A stretch of 64,000 nt of DNA. It comes from an uncultured Gemmatimonadales bacterium (GTDB taxonomy: Bacteria > Gemmatimonadota > Gemmatimonadetes > Gemmatimonadales > Gemmatimonadaceae). The stretch is from NCBI GenBank assembly GCA_963851265.1, contig CAWKNZ010000001.1:128001-192000 (forward strand), written 5' to 3'. Of the stretch, positions 10,011-19,464 are shown piece by piece. A model generated the notes under the pieces. That model was not told the DNA's origin. It saw only the letters and a program-made list of their open reading frames with translations, and made no database searches. Within the stretch, counting starts at the first letter, position 1, and the number at the start of each line of letters is the position of its first letter. The position numbers and the translations under genes were made by a program.

Positions 10011-11099
10011 CTACGCTCGGCGCTGACGGCCAGGGGAGAGGTACTGCGCTTCTCCCCACTCGAACGTCCTCCGCTCCGCGTAATAGTCCGGCCGCCACGG
10101 GATCCTCCCCCCCACGAACCCGACATGCCCGCCACGACGGTGGAACTCCACCGTGAGGCATGGGTTGACGTCGGCTACCCGTCGCACCTCGTCGAGCACG
10201 TCCGCCGGGAGAAACGGATCGTCTTCCGCGCTCAGCAGCAGCGTGGGGATGCGGATTCCCGCGAGGAAGCCGAGCGCGCTCGACCGGGCGTAGTAATCGG
10301 CCGCGTCGTTGAACCCGTGCACGGCCGCGGTGAGCACGTCGTCGAACTCCCACAGCGACCGGAGTCCCGCCAGCCGCTCCCGGTCCACCAGGTCCGGGTA
10401 GACCGCGAGTTTCTGTTCGACCTTACCCGTGAGCGACCGGAGGAAGTTGAGCTCGTAGATCCGCGAGAACCCGCGTCCCACGTGCCGGGACCCGCGCGCG
10501 AGATCGAACGGCACCGAGATCGCCACCGCCGCGCGCACGTTGGCCGGTACCGGATTTGGCGACGGCGCGCTCTGCTCCGGACCGCTCGGTCCGAGCGTCG
10601 GGTCGCCGCGCTCGCCGAGGTACTTGAGCAGCACGTTGCCCCCGAGCGAGACGCCGGCGAGCACGAGCGGGCGGTCCGGCTGCTCCGCCGCGATCCGCTC
10701 CACGACCAGCGCGAAGTCTGTCGTCTCGCCCGAGTGGTAGAAGCGGCGCTGCCGGTTCATCTCGCCGCCGCAGCTGCGGTGCACCAGCAGGTCCATCCCC
10801 CAGCCGCGCCGCCGTGACTGCGCGAACAGGCCCTGCACGTAGTGCGACCGTTCGCCGCCTTCGAGGCCGTGCAGCAGCAGCAGTCGCGGCGTCTCGCGCG
10901 CCGGCTCGAGGCGCACCACGTCGACGAAATCACCGTCCGGCGTGTCCCAGCGTTCCGTGCTGTAGCCTGGCGGACGGCGGCGGGCCAGGGTGCGCGAACT
11001 GCGCGGCTGACGGACGAACTTGCCGTACAGCGTTTGCGCGTGCGCGCCCGGCACCCACCACGCAGGGCGGTAACTCGGCGGCGGGACGACGATGGGCAT
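10011..11099 (-). CDS. YheT-family alpha/beta hydrolase
   Basis: HAQT, LLHGLEG, GVSLGG nucleophile elbow, DDPF, GGHVGF. Confidence 0.92.
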   Translation of the reverse strand: MPIVVPPPSYRPAWWVPGAHAQTLYGKFVRQPRSSRTLARRRPPGYSTERWDTPDGDFVDVVRLEPARETPRLLLLHGLEGGERSHYVQGLFAQSRRRGWGMDLLVHRSCGGEMNRQRRFYHSGETTDFALVVERIAAEQPDRPLVLAGVSLGGNVLLKYLGERGDPTLGPSGPEQSAPSPNPVPANVRAAVAISVPFDLARGSRHVGRGFSRIYELNFLRSLTGKVEQKLAVYPDLVDRERLAGLRSLWEFDDVLTAAVHGFNDAADYYARSSALGFLAGIRIPTLLLSAEDDPFLPADVLDEVRRVADVNPCLTVEFHRRGGHVGFVGGRIPWRPDYYAERRTFEWGEAQYLSPGRQRRA

Positions 11100-11152
11100 G
11101 GCAGATTATACCCTCGCTGTCCGATGTCGTCTTCAACGCCCGGTTTCTGCCA

Positions 11153-11485
11153 GTGCTCGACACGCCGCCTACCCTCGCGATCGTCGCCGTCGCCGTCGCC
11201 GGCGCGGCGGCGCCAGCGGCCGTGTTGCACCTCGTACTCGCACACGCGATGCGGGCCCGCGGGCTACCCCGCTGGCGTGTGGCCGACACGCTGCTCGTGA
11301 GTCCCCTGCTCTTCCTCGCCCTGCTCACCGGTTTCGCCGCGCTCGCGCACGCGGTGGCCCGCGTGGCGGCCGACGCGGCGACCGGCCGGGCCACGCATGC
11401 CGATCTCTTCGGCTCGCTCGCCGTCGCGGCGGGCGCGTTCGTCGTGGCGGGGTTCGGCGCGCGCGCGGTCGGGAAGTTGTATTGA
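11153..11485 (+). CDS. Small membrane protein (about 3 TM)
   Basis: Hydrophobic frame whose stop overlaps the next gene's TTG start; start approximate. Confidence 0.6.
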   Translation: MLDTPPTLAIVAVAVAGAAAPAAVLHLVLAHAMRARGLPRWRVADTLLVSPLLFLALLTGFAALAHAVARVAADAATGRATHADLFGSLAVAAGAFVVAGFGARAVGKLY

Positions 11486-12195
11486 CGGCGGTACTGCCGC
11501 CGCGTTCGGCCCCGCGCGCGATCCTCTTCGACTTCGGCGGCACGCTCGACGCCGACGGGGTGCCGACGGCGTCGCAGTTCCACGCCGCGTACGCGGCCGA
11601 GCGTGGAACCATCGATGCCGACGGATTCGCCGCCGCGTTCCGCACCTCCGACCATCAACTTGCCGCGCTCGCGCACATCGCCCGCCTCGGATATACCGAG
11701 ACCGTGGAGGCGCAGACCCGGCTCCTCGCCGCCCTCCTGCCCGACGCTGCGGCGGTCGACTGGACCTCGGTCGCCACGCGTGTGACCGCCGCGGCCCGCA
11801 CGATCGCGGCCCGCAACCGCCCCTTGCTCGCGACGCTCCGCGACGGCGCTCGGCTCGGCGTCGTGTCCAACTTCACCGGGAACGTCGATCGCTGCCTGGC
11901 CGAGCTCGGGCTCCTCGATCTGTTCGACACCGTGGCCGACTCCGCCGTCGTGGGCCAGGCGAAACCCGACCCCGCGCTATTCCAGGTGGCGCTCCGCGCG
12001 CTCGACACCCTGCCCGCTGACGCGATGATGGTTGGCGACAACCCGTTCTCCGACGTGCGTGCGGCTTCTGCGCTCGGCATGAGCACGTGCTGGCTCGCCC
12101 CGGCGGAGCGCCCGGTCCCGAGCGGCTGCGCGCCGACGTACCGCATCGCGCGGCTCCCCGAGTTGCGCGGCGTGCTGACGGCGAACGGGCAGTGA
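11482..12195 (+). CDS. HAD-family hydrolase/phosphatase
   Basis: ILFDFGGTLDADG, VVSN, KPDP, MVGDNPFSD. Confidence 0.9.
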   Translation: MTAVLPPRSAPRAILFDFGGTLDADGVPTASQFHAAYAAERGTIDADGFAAAFRTSDHQLAALAHIARLGYTETVEAQTRLLAALLPDAAAVDWTSVATRVTAAARTIAARNRPLLATLRDGARLGVVSNFTGNVDRCLAELGLLDLFDTVADSAVVGQAKPDPALFQVALRALDTLPADAMMVGDNPFSDVRAASALGMSTCWLAPAERPVPSGCAPTYRIARLPELRGVLTANGQ

Positions 12196-12202
12196 GGGTC
12201 GC

Positions 12203-12982
12203 GTGAGCACGTCGCCCCGGACCATCGCCATGCACGCGCTCGTCCTCGCCGGCGGCGAAGGGTCGCGGCTCGCGGCCGACGGCGTCACCGTCCCCAAGGC
12301 GCTCGTCGAGGTCGGCGGCCGCCCACAACTCGTCAGGCTCGTCCAGACGTTCGCGGACCTCGGCTGTCTCTCGGTCACCTGCCTCGTGCACGAGGCGGTC
12401 GCGCCGCAGATCGATCGCCACGCGCTCCGGGCGGCCGGCGGCGCGGCCGCCGTGCGCGTCGTCGCGTGCCGCACGCCGTCGTCGCTCCACACCCTCGTCG
12501 CCGGGCTCGACGCCGTGCCGGCCGGCCCGGTGTTCTGCTCGATGGTCGACACCGTGATGGCCCCGGCCGACTGGCACGCCGTCCACGCGGCGTGCGGCCG
12601 CGCGCTCGCCGCTGGCGCCGATGCGCTCCTCGCGGTCACGCCGGACCCCGAGGACGACGACGCTCCGCTGCGGGTGCGCGTCGGGCCCGACGGGCGCGTC
12701 GCGCGCGTCGGCGGCGACGCCGCGTCGTATGCGGCCGCGTACGCCTCCGGTGCGCCTCCCGTGCTCATTACCGGCGGAGTGTACGCCTTTGCCCCGGCCG
12801 CGCGCGCGCGGGCGCACGCCCTGGCGGCCGCGGGCGGGCAGCGCATGCGTGTCTTCCTCGCGGCGCTCGTCGACGAGGGCCGCGACGTGCGCGCCGCTGT
12901 GGTGCCGCGCATCCTCGACGTCGACCATCGGCGCGATCTTGACGCCGCGAACGCGTACGCCGCCGGGTGGCAGTCGGGCTGA
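12203..12982 (+). CDS. Nucleotidyltransferase (NTP_transf; cytidylyltransferase-like)
   Basis: VLAGGEGSRL...PKALVEVGG, terminal LDVDHRRDL. Confidence 0.9.
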   Translation: MSTSPRTIAMHALVLAGGEGSRLAADGVTVPKALVEVGGRPQLVRLVQTFADLGCLSVTCLVHEAVAPQIDRHALRAAGGAAAVRVVACRTPSSLHTLVAGLDAVPAGPVFCSMVDTVMAPADWHAVHAACGRALAAGADALLAVTPDPEDDDAPLRVRVGPDGRVARVGGDAASYAAAYASGAPPVLITGGVYAFAPAARARAHALAAAGGQRMRVFLAALVDEGRDVRAAVVPRILDVDHRRDLDAANAYAAGWQSG

Positions 12983-13027
12983 CCGTGCGCCAACCCGTGC
13001 CGTGCGGGCCGGGCGCCGCCGGCTTCC

Positions 13028-13084
13028 GTTAATCTGGGGTTAATCGGGAACCCCGCGCTCGGAAACCGTTGCGCAAGCGTTGCG
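13028..13084 (+). promoter_or_regulatory. Tandem direct-repeat boxes with 11-bp period (candidate response-regulator sites)
   Basis: GTTAATC at 13028 and 13039; CGTTGCG at 13067 and 13078; AT-rich island in the intergenic gap. Confidence 0.5.
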
Positions 13085-13147
13085 AACCTCGGTTGGGGTC
13101 GATTGCATACGCTGCGGATCGTGCTGGCCGCGTCACATGTCACCGTC

Positions 13148-14164
13148 ATGCCCCGCGTCGTCGCCCTCTTTCGCAAGTCGTCCTACTCGCCCGCGCAGCA
13201 CCGCACCAACGACACCGCAATCCTCGACGACACGCTCGCGCATTTCGTCGACGCCGGGTGGGACGTCGTGCGGGTGGACGAGGCCGCACTCGATGCGGGT
13301 GACGACGGCGATGACGCGCCGCCCCCCGCCCACGTCGTGCCCCGCGACGCGGACCTGTACCTGAGCATGTCGCAGGGGCCGGCCACCGCCCGCCTGCTCG
13401 AGCTCGAGCGGGCCGGCGCGGTGTTCATCAACCGTCCGTCGAGCGTGCTCGGCTGTCACCGCCACCGGCTCGTCCCGGCGCTCGCCGCGGCGGGCGTGCG
13501 TTTTCCCGCGACCGACGTCGTCGATCTCGCGCTCGCCGATCCGGCGACCGTGGCGGCCAGCCCGGTGGTGCGCGCGGCGGCGCTCTCGGGCGGGCGCGTC
13601 TGGATCAAACGCGGTGACGTGCACGCCGAGCGGGCCGACGACGTCGTCGTGGTCGCCGCGTCCGGCGTGGCGGCGGCCGCGGCGGAGTTCCGCGCGCGCG
13701 GCATCGGGCGCGTCGCGCTGCAGGCCGACGTCGGCGGACCGGTGATCAAGTTCTACGGCGTGGCCGACGGGCGCTTCTTCCGGTGGTACGACGCGGCGGT
13801 CGGGCTCGACGGCCCGCGGCCGGTGGTGGACGAGGAGCGACTGCGGGCGCTCGCCTTCGACGCCGCGCGCGCGCTCGGGCTCGAGGTGTTCGGCGGGGAC
13901 GTCGCGCTCCCAGCGCCAGACGTGCCGGTCCTCATCGACCTCAACGACTGGCCCAGCTTCGCGCCGTTCCGGGCCGAGGCGGCGGCGGCGATCGCTGGCT
14001 ACGCGCTGGGAGGCTGCGCGGCGGCCAACCAGCGGGGCGACGCGCGCGGTCGCTCCCGCGCCTTCCGCGAGACCGCCCTCGCCGCCCCGCGCGCGCGCGC
14101 GATGGCGCGGGGCGAGCACGATGGGGGCGGCCACGAGGGCCGCCCCTACGGCGACTTCGCCTAA
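13148..14164 (+). CDS. ATP-grasp-fold protein
   Basis: FINRP, VWIKRGD, IKFYGV, LEVFGGD, LIDLNDWPSF (ATP-grasp D/E-x-N motif). Confidence 0.8.
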   Translation: MPRVVALFRKSSYSPAQHRTNDTAILDDTLAHFVDAGWDVVRVDEAALDAGDDGDDAPPPAHVVPRDADLYLSMSQGPATARLLELERAGAVFINRPSSVLGCHRHRLVPALAAAGVRFPATDVVDLALADPATVAASPVVRAAALSGGRVWIKRGDVHAERADDVVVVAASGVAAAAAEFRARGIGRVALQADVGGPVIKFYGVADGRFFRWYDAAVGLDGPRPVVDEERLRALAFDAARALGLEVFGGDVALPAPDVPVLIDLNDWPSFAPFRAEAAAAIAGYALGGCAAANQRGDARGRSRAFRETALAAPRARAMARGEHDGGGHEGRPYGDFA

Positions 14165-14190
14165 TCAGGCACCTGCTAAACACCACGACC

Positions 14191-15585
14191 ATGGCCGGCG
14201 GCGTTCTTCTTCCCACCCACGCGTCCCCCGACGCCTTCACCGACGCGCCGACGGCCGCCGGCCCGCGCTCGCTCGCGATGCACGAGGCCGAGGCCGAGTA
14301 CCTCGCGCCCGGTACGCAGAGCGTCGCGCTCTTCAGCAAGCTCGCCATCGACCACGGCCAGGGGGTGCACCTGTGGGACGTGGACGGCAAGCGCTACACC
14401 GACCTCCTGGCCGGCGTCGGCGTGGCGAGCCTCGGCCACGCGCACCCCAAGTTCGTCGCGGCCATGCAGCGGCAGGTGGCCCGCGTGCACATCGGCTCGT
14501 TCACGAGCGAGCACCGCGCCGCGCTCGTCAAGCTCGTCGCCGACATCGCGCCCGGCGACCTCTCTCGCACGCAGCTGTACTCCAGCGGCGCCGAGGCCGT
14601 CGAGAGCGCGTTCCGCCTCGCCAAGGCCTACACCGGCAAGACCGAGTTCGTCGGCTTCTGGGGCGGCTTCCACGGCAAGACCGCGGGCGTGCTGCCGCTG
14701 CTCTCGGGCAGCTTCAAGCACGGGCTCGGGCCGCTCATGCCGGGCACGTACAGCACGCCCTACGCGGCCTACGGCCGCTGCCCGATCTGCCGCACCGGCG
14801 GCGCGTGCGACTGGACGTGCATCGATTTCCTGCGCAAGAAGATCTTCAACGAGACGGCCAACGACGTCGCCGCGATCATCGTCGAGCCGGTCCAGGGCAC
14901 GGCCGGCAACATCGTGCCCACGCCGGGCTTCCTGCGCCAGTTGCGTGCGCTGTGCGACGAGATCGGCGCGGTGCTCATCGCCGACGAGATGCTCACCGGC
15001 TTCGGGCGCACCGGCAAGATGTTCGCGGTCGAGCACGACGGCGTCGTGCCCGACATCATGACGATCGGCAAGGGCTTCGGCGGCGGCTTCCCGATGACCG
15101 GCCTCATCGTGCGCGACGAGGTCGCGCGGGCCAAGCCGTGGGCCAACCCGAGCGGCTCCTCGTCCAGCTACGGCGGCAACCCGCTCGCCGCGGCCGCGTC
15201 GCGCGTGACGATCGAGACCATGCTGGAAGAGGACCTCGTCGGCAACAGTCGCCGCGTGGGCGCGCGCATGCTGCACGAGGTGGAGCGCTGGGAGCGCGAG
15301 CTGCCCATCGTGCGCGGCGCGCGCGGCCGGGGGCTCATGATCGGCCTCGACCTCGTCTACCCGGACGGCCATCCCAAGGCGGGGCGGCTGCTCGACAAGC
15401 AGGTCACGCGCTGGATCTTCGACTCCGCGCTCGACCGCGGCGTGATGGCGATGCTCTACAACGCCGAGGTGCGCATCAATCCGCCGCTCGTGATCTCGGA
15501 GGCTGAGGCGCTCGAGGCGTTGGGCGTGGTCGAGGGCGTGCTGCGCGAGGCCGCGGAGCGGCTGTCCGAGCATCCGGGCGCCTGA
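14191..15585 (+). CDS. Class-III PLP aminotransferase
   Basis: SSGAEAVE, FHGKT, IVEPVQG, DEMLTGFGRTG, TIGKGFGGGFP, YGGNP. Confidence 0.95.
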   Translation: MAGGVLLPTHASPDAFTDAPTAAGPRSLAMHEAEAEYLAPGTQSVALFSKLAIDHGQGVHLWDVDGKRYTDLLAGVGVASLGHAHPKFVAAMQRQVARVHIGSFTSEHRAALVKLVADIAPGDLSRTQLYSSGAEAVESAFRLAKAYTGKTEFVGFWGGFHGKTAGVLPLLSGSFKHGLGPLMPGTYSTPYAAYGRCPICRTGGACDWTCIDFLRKKIFNETANDVAAIIVEPVQGTAGNIVPTPGFLRQLRALCDEIGAVLIADEMLTGFGRTGKMFAVEHDGVVPDIMTIGKGFGGGFPMTGLIVRDEVARAKPWANPSGSSSSYGGNPLAAAASRVTIETMLEEDLVGNSRRVGARMLHEVERWERELPIVRGARGRGLMIGLDLVYPDGHPKAGRLLDKQVTRWIFDSALDRGVMAMLYNAEVRINPPLVISEAEALEALGVVEGVLREAAERLSEHPGA

Positions 15586-15588
15586 CCG

Positions 15589-16587
15589 ATGGCCGACGCG
15601 CTGGCGAGCAAGGGCCGCGCGGTCGAGGAGTGGGTCGACCTCCGCTTCTTTCGCCCCGTCGGCATGCGCCTCGCCCGGGCGCTGCTGCCGACCCCGGTCT
15701 CGCCCGACCACGTCACGCTGGGCTGCCTGGCCCTCGGCCTCGCCGCAGGGTGGTGCTTCGTCCCCGCCAGCCCCGCGGTCAACGCGCTCGGGTTCGCGCT
15801 GTTCATCGCGTCCGACCTGCTCGACAGCGCCGACGGGCAGCTCGCGCGGCTCCGCGGCTCGTCCACGCGGTTCGGGCGCATCGTCGACGGCGTGTCGGAC
15901 AACACGCGCTTCATCAACCTGTACCTCAGCATCCTCGCGCGCCTCACGCTCACCGACGGGTGGCCGTGGTGGCCGGCGCTGCTGCTCGCGGCCGCGGCGG
16001 GCGTGAGCCACTCGTACCAGAGCGCGGCCGTGGATGCGGTGCGCAACGCGTACCTCGAAGTCGCGGAGCGCGGCGCCGGCGAGTTCGAACTGCCCGAGGA
16101 CACGCCGCCCGCGTCGGGCAACCCGCTGCTGCGCCTCGCGCAGGGCGGCTACGCCGCCTACGTGCGGCGGCAGGCGCTGCTGCTTCCCGCGACCGTGCGC
16201 CTCGTACGGCGCCTGCGCCGGCTGGACGGGCGCCCGCGGGGCGACCGCCCGGGGGTCGACGGGGCGGCGCGGGCCGCGCGCGACGCCTACGCCGAGCGCG
16301 AGGCGCCCGTGGTGCGCCAGTTCGCGTGGCTCGGGCAGAACATCCGCTTTCCGCTCGTCGCGATCCCGTGCGTCGTCGGGCGCCCGTCGGCGTTCCTCTG
16401 GCTGACGCTCGTCCCGCTCAACCTCGTGCTCGCGGCGGCGCTCGTCGCGCACGAGGGGCGTGCGGCGCGGGTCGCGGCGGCGCTCGACCGCGCCGCGCCC
16501 GAAGGCCCCACGTCCGAGGACCCGACGTCCGCCGCCGGCGAACGCGGGCCGGCCGCGGCCGCGGCGGGTGCGTATGCCCGCGGCTGA
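15589..16587 (+). CDS. CDP-alcohol phosphotransferase
   Basis: DSADGQLARLRGSSTRFGRIVDGVSD matches D-x2-DG-x2-AR-x8-G-x3-D-x3-D. Confidence 0.93.
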   Translation: MADALASKGRAVEEWVDLRFFRPVGMRLARALLPTPVSPDHVTLGCLALGLAAGWCFVPASPAVNALGFALFIASDLLDSADGQLARLRGSSTRFGRIVDGVSDNTRFINLYLSILARLTLTDGWPWWPALLLAAAAGVSHSYQSAAVDAVRNAYLEVAERGAGEFELPEDTPPASGNPLLRLAQGGYAAYVRRQALLLPATVRLVRRLRRLDGRPRGDRPGVDGAARAARDAYAEREAPVVRQFAWLGQNIRFPLVAIPCVVGRPSAFLWLTLVPLNLVLAAALVAHEGRAARVAAALDRAAPEGPTSEDPTSAAGERGPAAAAAGAYARG

Positions 16588-17659
16588 CGCGCGCGACGCC
16601 CGGAACTCCGCCCCCCGCCGTTGGCGCGGCGCGATCGTCGGGCTCGGCGGGATCGCGACGGGCTCGCACCTGCCCGCGTTCCGCGCCACGCCGGCCCTGC
16701 GCCAACGCGCGGAGGTCGTCTGCGCGGTCGACCCGCGGCACGCGGCGGCGGGCACGTTAGGCGGCCTGCGCGTCCTCCCCGACCTCGACGCGCTGGGCGG
16801 GGCGGGCGTCGACTTCGTCGACCTCGCGACGCCGAGCGCGACGCACGTCGCGCTCTCCCGGGACGCCCTCGCGCGCGGGCTGCACGTGCTCTGCGAGAAG
16901 CCGGTCGCCACGCGCCGCGCCGACGCGCTCGCGCTCGCCCGGCTCGCGCGCGAGGCGGGGCGCGTACTCGTGCCCTGCCACCAGTACCGCTTCAACCCGG
17001 TGTGGCGGCGCATCGGCGCGTGGCTCCGGGACGACGCGATCGGGCGCTGGCACCTGATCGAGGTGAGCGTGCACCGCGCCGGCGCCGACCCCGGGCAGCA
17101 GGGCGCCGACGAGGCGCTTCCCTGGCGCGTGCGCCGCGCCGACGCGGGCGGCGGCGTGCTCGTCGACCACGGCACCCACCTGCTCTACACCCTCCTCGAC
17201 CTCGGCGGCGCCCTGCCCGACCGCGTGAGCGCGTACACGGGGCGGCTGGCGCACGCGGAGTACGAAGTCGAGGACACGGCCGAGGTGCGCCTGGAGTACC
17301 ACGACGCCGAGGGCGACCGCGCGGCGCGGCTGTTCTGCACGTGGGCCGACCGGCGGCGCGAGACGCGGGTGAACGTGGTCGGCGCGCGCGGCGCGATCCG
17401 CTGGGTCGACGGCCTGCTCACGCTCGAGCGAGACGGCGAGGTCGAGACGCACGACGTCTCGCGCGAGCTGGACAAGGCCGCGTACGCGGGTTGGTTCGCC
17501 GAGCTGTTCGAGGACTTCGTGGGCGTGCTCGATGCCGGCGCGGGGAGCCAGCGGGCCGAGCGGGCGCTCGACGACGTCGTGCGGGTCGCAACGGTGCTGG
17601 AGGCGGCGTACGGGTCGGCCGCGTGCGGTGCGGGGGTGCGGCCGCTCGGCGCCGATTAG
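16574..17659 (+). CDS. Gfo/Idh/MocA-family oxidoreductase
   Basis: IVGLGGIA, HVLCEKP, GGGVLVDHGTH. Confidence 0.93.
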   Translation: MPAADARDARNSAPRRWRGAIVGLGGIATGSHLPAFRATPALRQRAEVVCAVDPRHAAAGTLGGLRVLPDLDALGGAGVDFVDLATPSATHVALSRDALARGLHVLCEKPVATRRADALALARLAREAGRVLVPCHQYRFNPVWRRIGAWLRDDAIGRWHLIEVSVHRAGADPGQQGADEALPWRVRRADAGGGVLVDHGTHLLYTLLDLGGALPDRVSAYTGRLAHAEYEVEDTAEVRLEYHDAEGDRAARLFCTWADRRRETRVNVVGARGAIRWVDGLLTLERDGEVETHDVSRELDKAAYAGWFAELFEDFVGVLDAGAGSQRAERALDDVVRVATVLEAAYGSAACGAGVRPLGAD

Positions 17660-17730
17660 CGAAATCGTTCGGCCCGTAGCATCCTGCACGGCCGCAGGGC
17701 GACGTCCGACCCCCAGCTCCCACCCCACCC

Positions 17731-19440
17731 ATGCGCACGCCCCTCTCCGCCCGCCGCGCCCTCGCGGTGCTCCTCGCCATCTCGTCCGCCGCCCTCGGCA
17801 CCGCCGCCGTCGGCACCGCCGCCGTCGCGCAGCAACCCGCGCCGCCCGCCGGGCCGCCCGCGGCGCCGCCGCGCCAGCCCGACGCCTCGGACTCGATCAA
17901 GTACGTCTACGCGAGTACGCCCCGCCTCGACGCGCTCAAGGCGGAGGCGGCGCGTGAGGTCGATGCGCGCGCGAAGCAGATCCAGGTGATGGTCGACCAG
18001 GTGTTCTCGTACGGCGAGCTCGGGATGCAGGAGGTCGAGACCTCGCGCTACCTGTCGGGGATCCTCGAGCAGAACGGGTTCACCGTCACCCGCGGCGTGG
18101 CCGGCCTCCCCACCGCGTTCGTCGCGCGCTGGGGCTCGGGCAAGCCCGTGATCTCGCTCGGCTCCGACATCGACGACATCCCGCAGGCGGGGCAGAAGCC
18201 CGGCGTCGGCTACCGCGACCCGATCGTCGCGGGCGCGCCCGGGCACGGCGAGGGGCACAACTCGGGCGTGCCGCTCAACATCGCGGCCGCGCTCGTGGTG
18301 AAGAAGATCATGGAGCGCGAGCACCTGCCGGGCACGCTCGTGCTCTGGCCCGGGGTGGCCGAGGAGGCGATGGCGGGCAAGGCGTTCCTAGTGCGCGACG
18401 GCGTGTTCAAGGACGTCGACGTCACGCTGTTCACGCACGTGGGCGACCGCCTGGCCGTGAGTTGGGGGCAGAGTGGGAGTAATGCGCTCATCTCGGCCCT
18501 CTTCAAGTTCCGCGGCACCAGCGCGCACGCCGCGGCCGCGCCGTGGCGCGGGCGGAGCGCGCTCGACGCGGTGATGCTGATGGCCAACGCGTGGGAGTTC
18601 CACCGCGAGCACATGGAGCTGCAGCAGCGCTCGCACTACGTGATCCCCGACGGCGGCGACCAGCCTAACGTGGTGCCCACCACGGCGAGCATCTGGTTCT
18701 ACTTCCGCGAGCGCGACTACGACCGCACGCGCCGGATGTTCGACGACGCGCGCAAGATGGCCGAGGGCGCGACGCTGATGACCGGCACGCAGCTCGACAC
18801 CGTGCAGATGGTCGGCTCGGGGTGGAGCGGGTACTTCTCGCGCCCGGTGGCCGAGGCGATGTACCAGAACATCAAGGCCGTGGGCATGCCCACGTGGGAC
18901 GCGCGCGACCAGGCACTCGCGCGCGGCATCCAGCGCGAGCTCGGCGTGCCCGACAGCGGGCTCTCGACGCGCCCGGGGCGACTCGTCGGGCCGGTCAACG
19001 AGGCCACGCGCATGGGCGGCGGCTCGGACGACATCGGCGACGTGAGCTGGACCGTGCCGACCATCACGCTCAACTATCCGTCCAACATCCCCAACCTGCC
19101 CGGCCACAACTGGGCCAACGCCATCGCGATGGCCACGCCCATCGCGCACAAGGGCGTCGTGGCGGGCGCCAAGGTGCAGGCGATGACGATGCTCGACCTG
19201 CTGTTCCAGCCGAAGCTCGTCGCCGACGCGTGGGACTTCTTCAACACGGTGCAGACCAAGACGGTCAAGTACCGCCCCTTCTTCGCGGCCACCGACAAGC
19301 CCCCCACGTGGCTCAATGAGGGGATCATGGCGAAGTACCGCCCCGAGATGAAAAAGTACTATTACGATCCCAAGAAGTACGGCACGTACCTCGAGCAGCT
19401 CGGCATCACCTACCCGACGGTGCGCAAGGTTGTCCAGTAG
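17731..19440 (+). CDS. Exported M20 amidohydrolase (AbgB-like)
   Basis: Signal peptide; GHGEGHN, AEE, SAHAAAAPWRGRSALDA, GGSDDIGDVSW. Confidence 0.9.
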   Translation: MRTPLSARRALAVLLAISSAALGTAAVGTAAVAQQPAPPAGPPAAPPRQPDASDSIKYVYASTPRLDALKAEAAREVDARAKQIQVMVDQVFSYGELGMQEVETSRYLSGILEQNGFTVTRGVAGLPTAFVARWGSGKPVISLGSDIDDIPQAGQKPGVGYRDPIVAGAPGHGEGHNSGVPLNIAAALVVKKIMEREHLPGTLVLWPGVAEEAMAGKAFLVRDGVFKDVDVTLFTHVGDRLAVSWGQSGSNALISALFKFRGTSAHAAAAPWRGRSALDAVMLMANAWEFHREHMELQQRSHYVIPDGGDQPNVVPTTASIWFYFRERDYDRTRRMFDDARKMAEGATLMTGTQLDTVQMVGSGWSGYFSRPVAEAMYQNIKAVGMPTWDARDQALARGIQRELGVPDSGLSTRPGRLVGPVNEATRMGGGSDDIGDVSWTVPTITLNYPSNIPNLPGHNWANAIAMATPIAHKGVVAGAKVQAMTMLDLLFQPKLVADAWDFFNTVQTKTVKYRPFFAATDKPPTWLNEGIMAKYRPEMKKYYYDPKKYGTYLEQLGITYPTVRKVVQ

Positions 19441-19464
19441 GGGCCGGCGCGCGGCCGCGGCCGG

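Noticed and set aside
13029..13043. CtrA box (TTAA-N7-TTAA)
   Set aside because: The pattern matches, but CtrA is alphaproteobacterial and nothing here supports it; kept only as a generic OmpR-type site
14176..17175. 999-aa minus-strand ORF, and similar giants at 37465-40815, 41788-45054, 50066-52876 and 24268-26670
   Set aside because: Shadow or off-frame ORFs of real genes; Arg/Ala/Pro-rich with no motifs, as expected at this GC content
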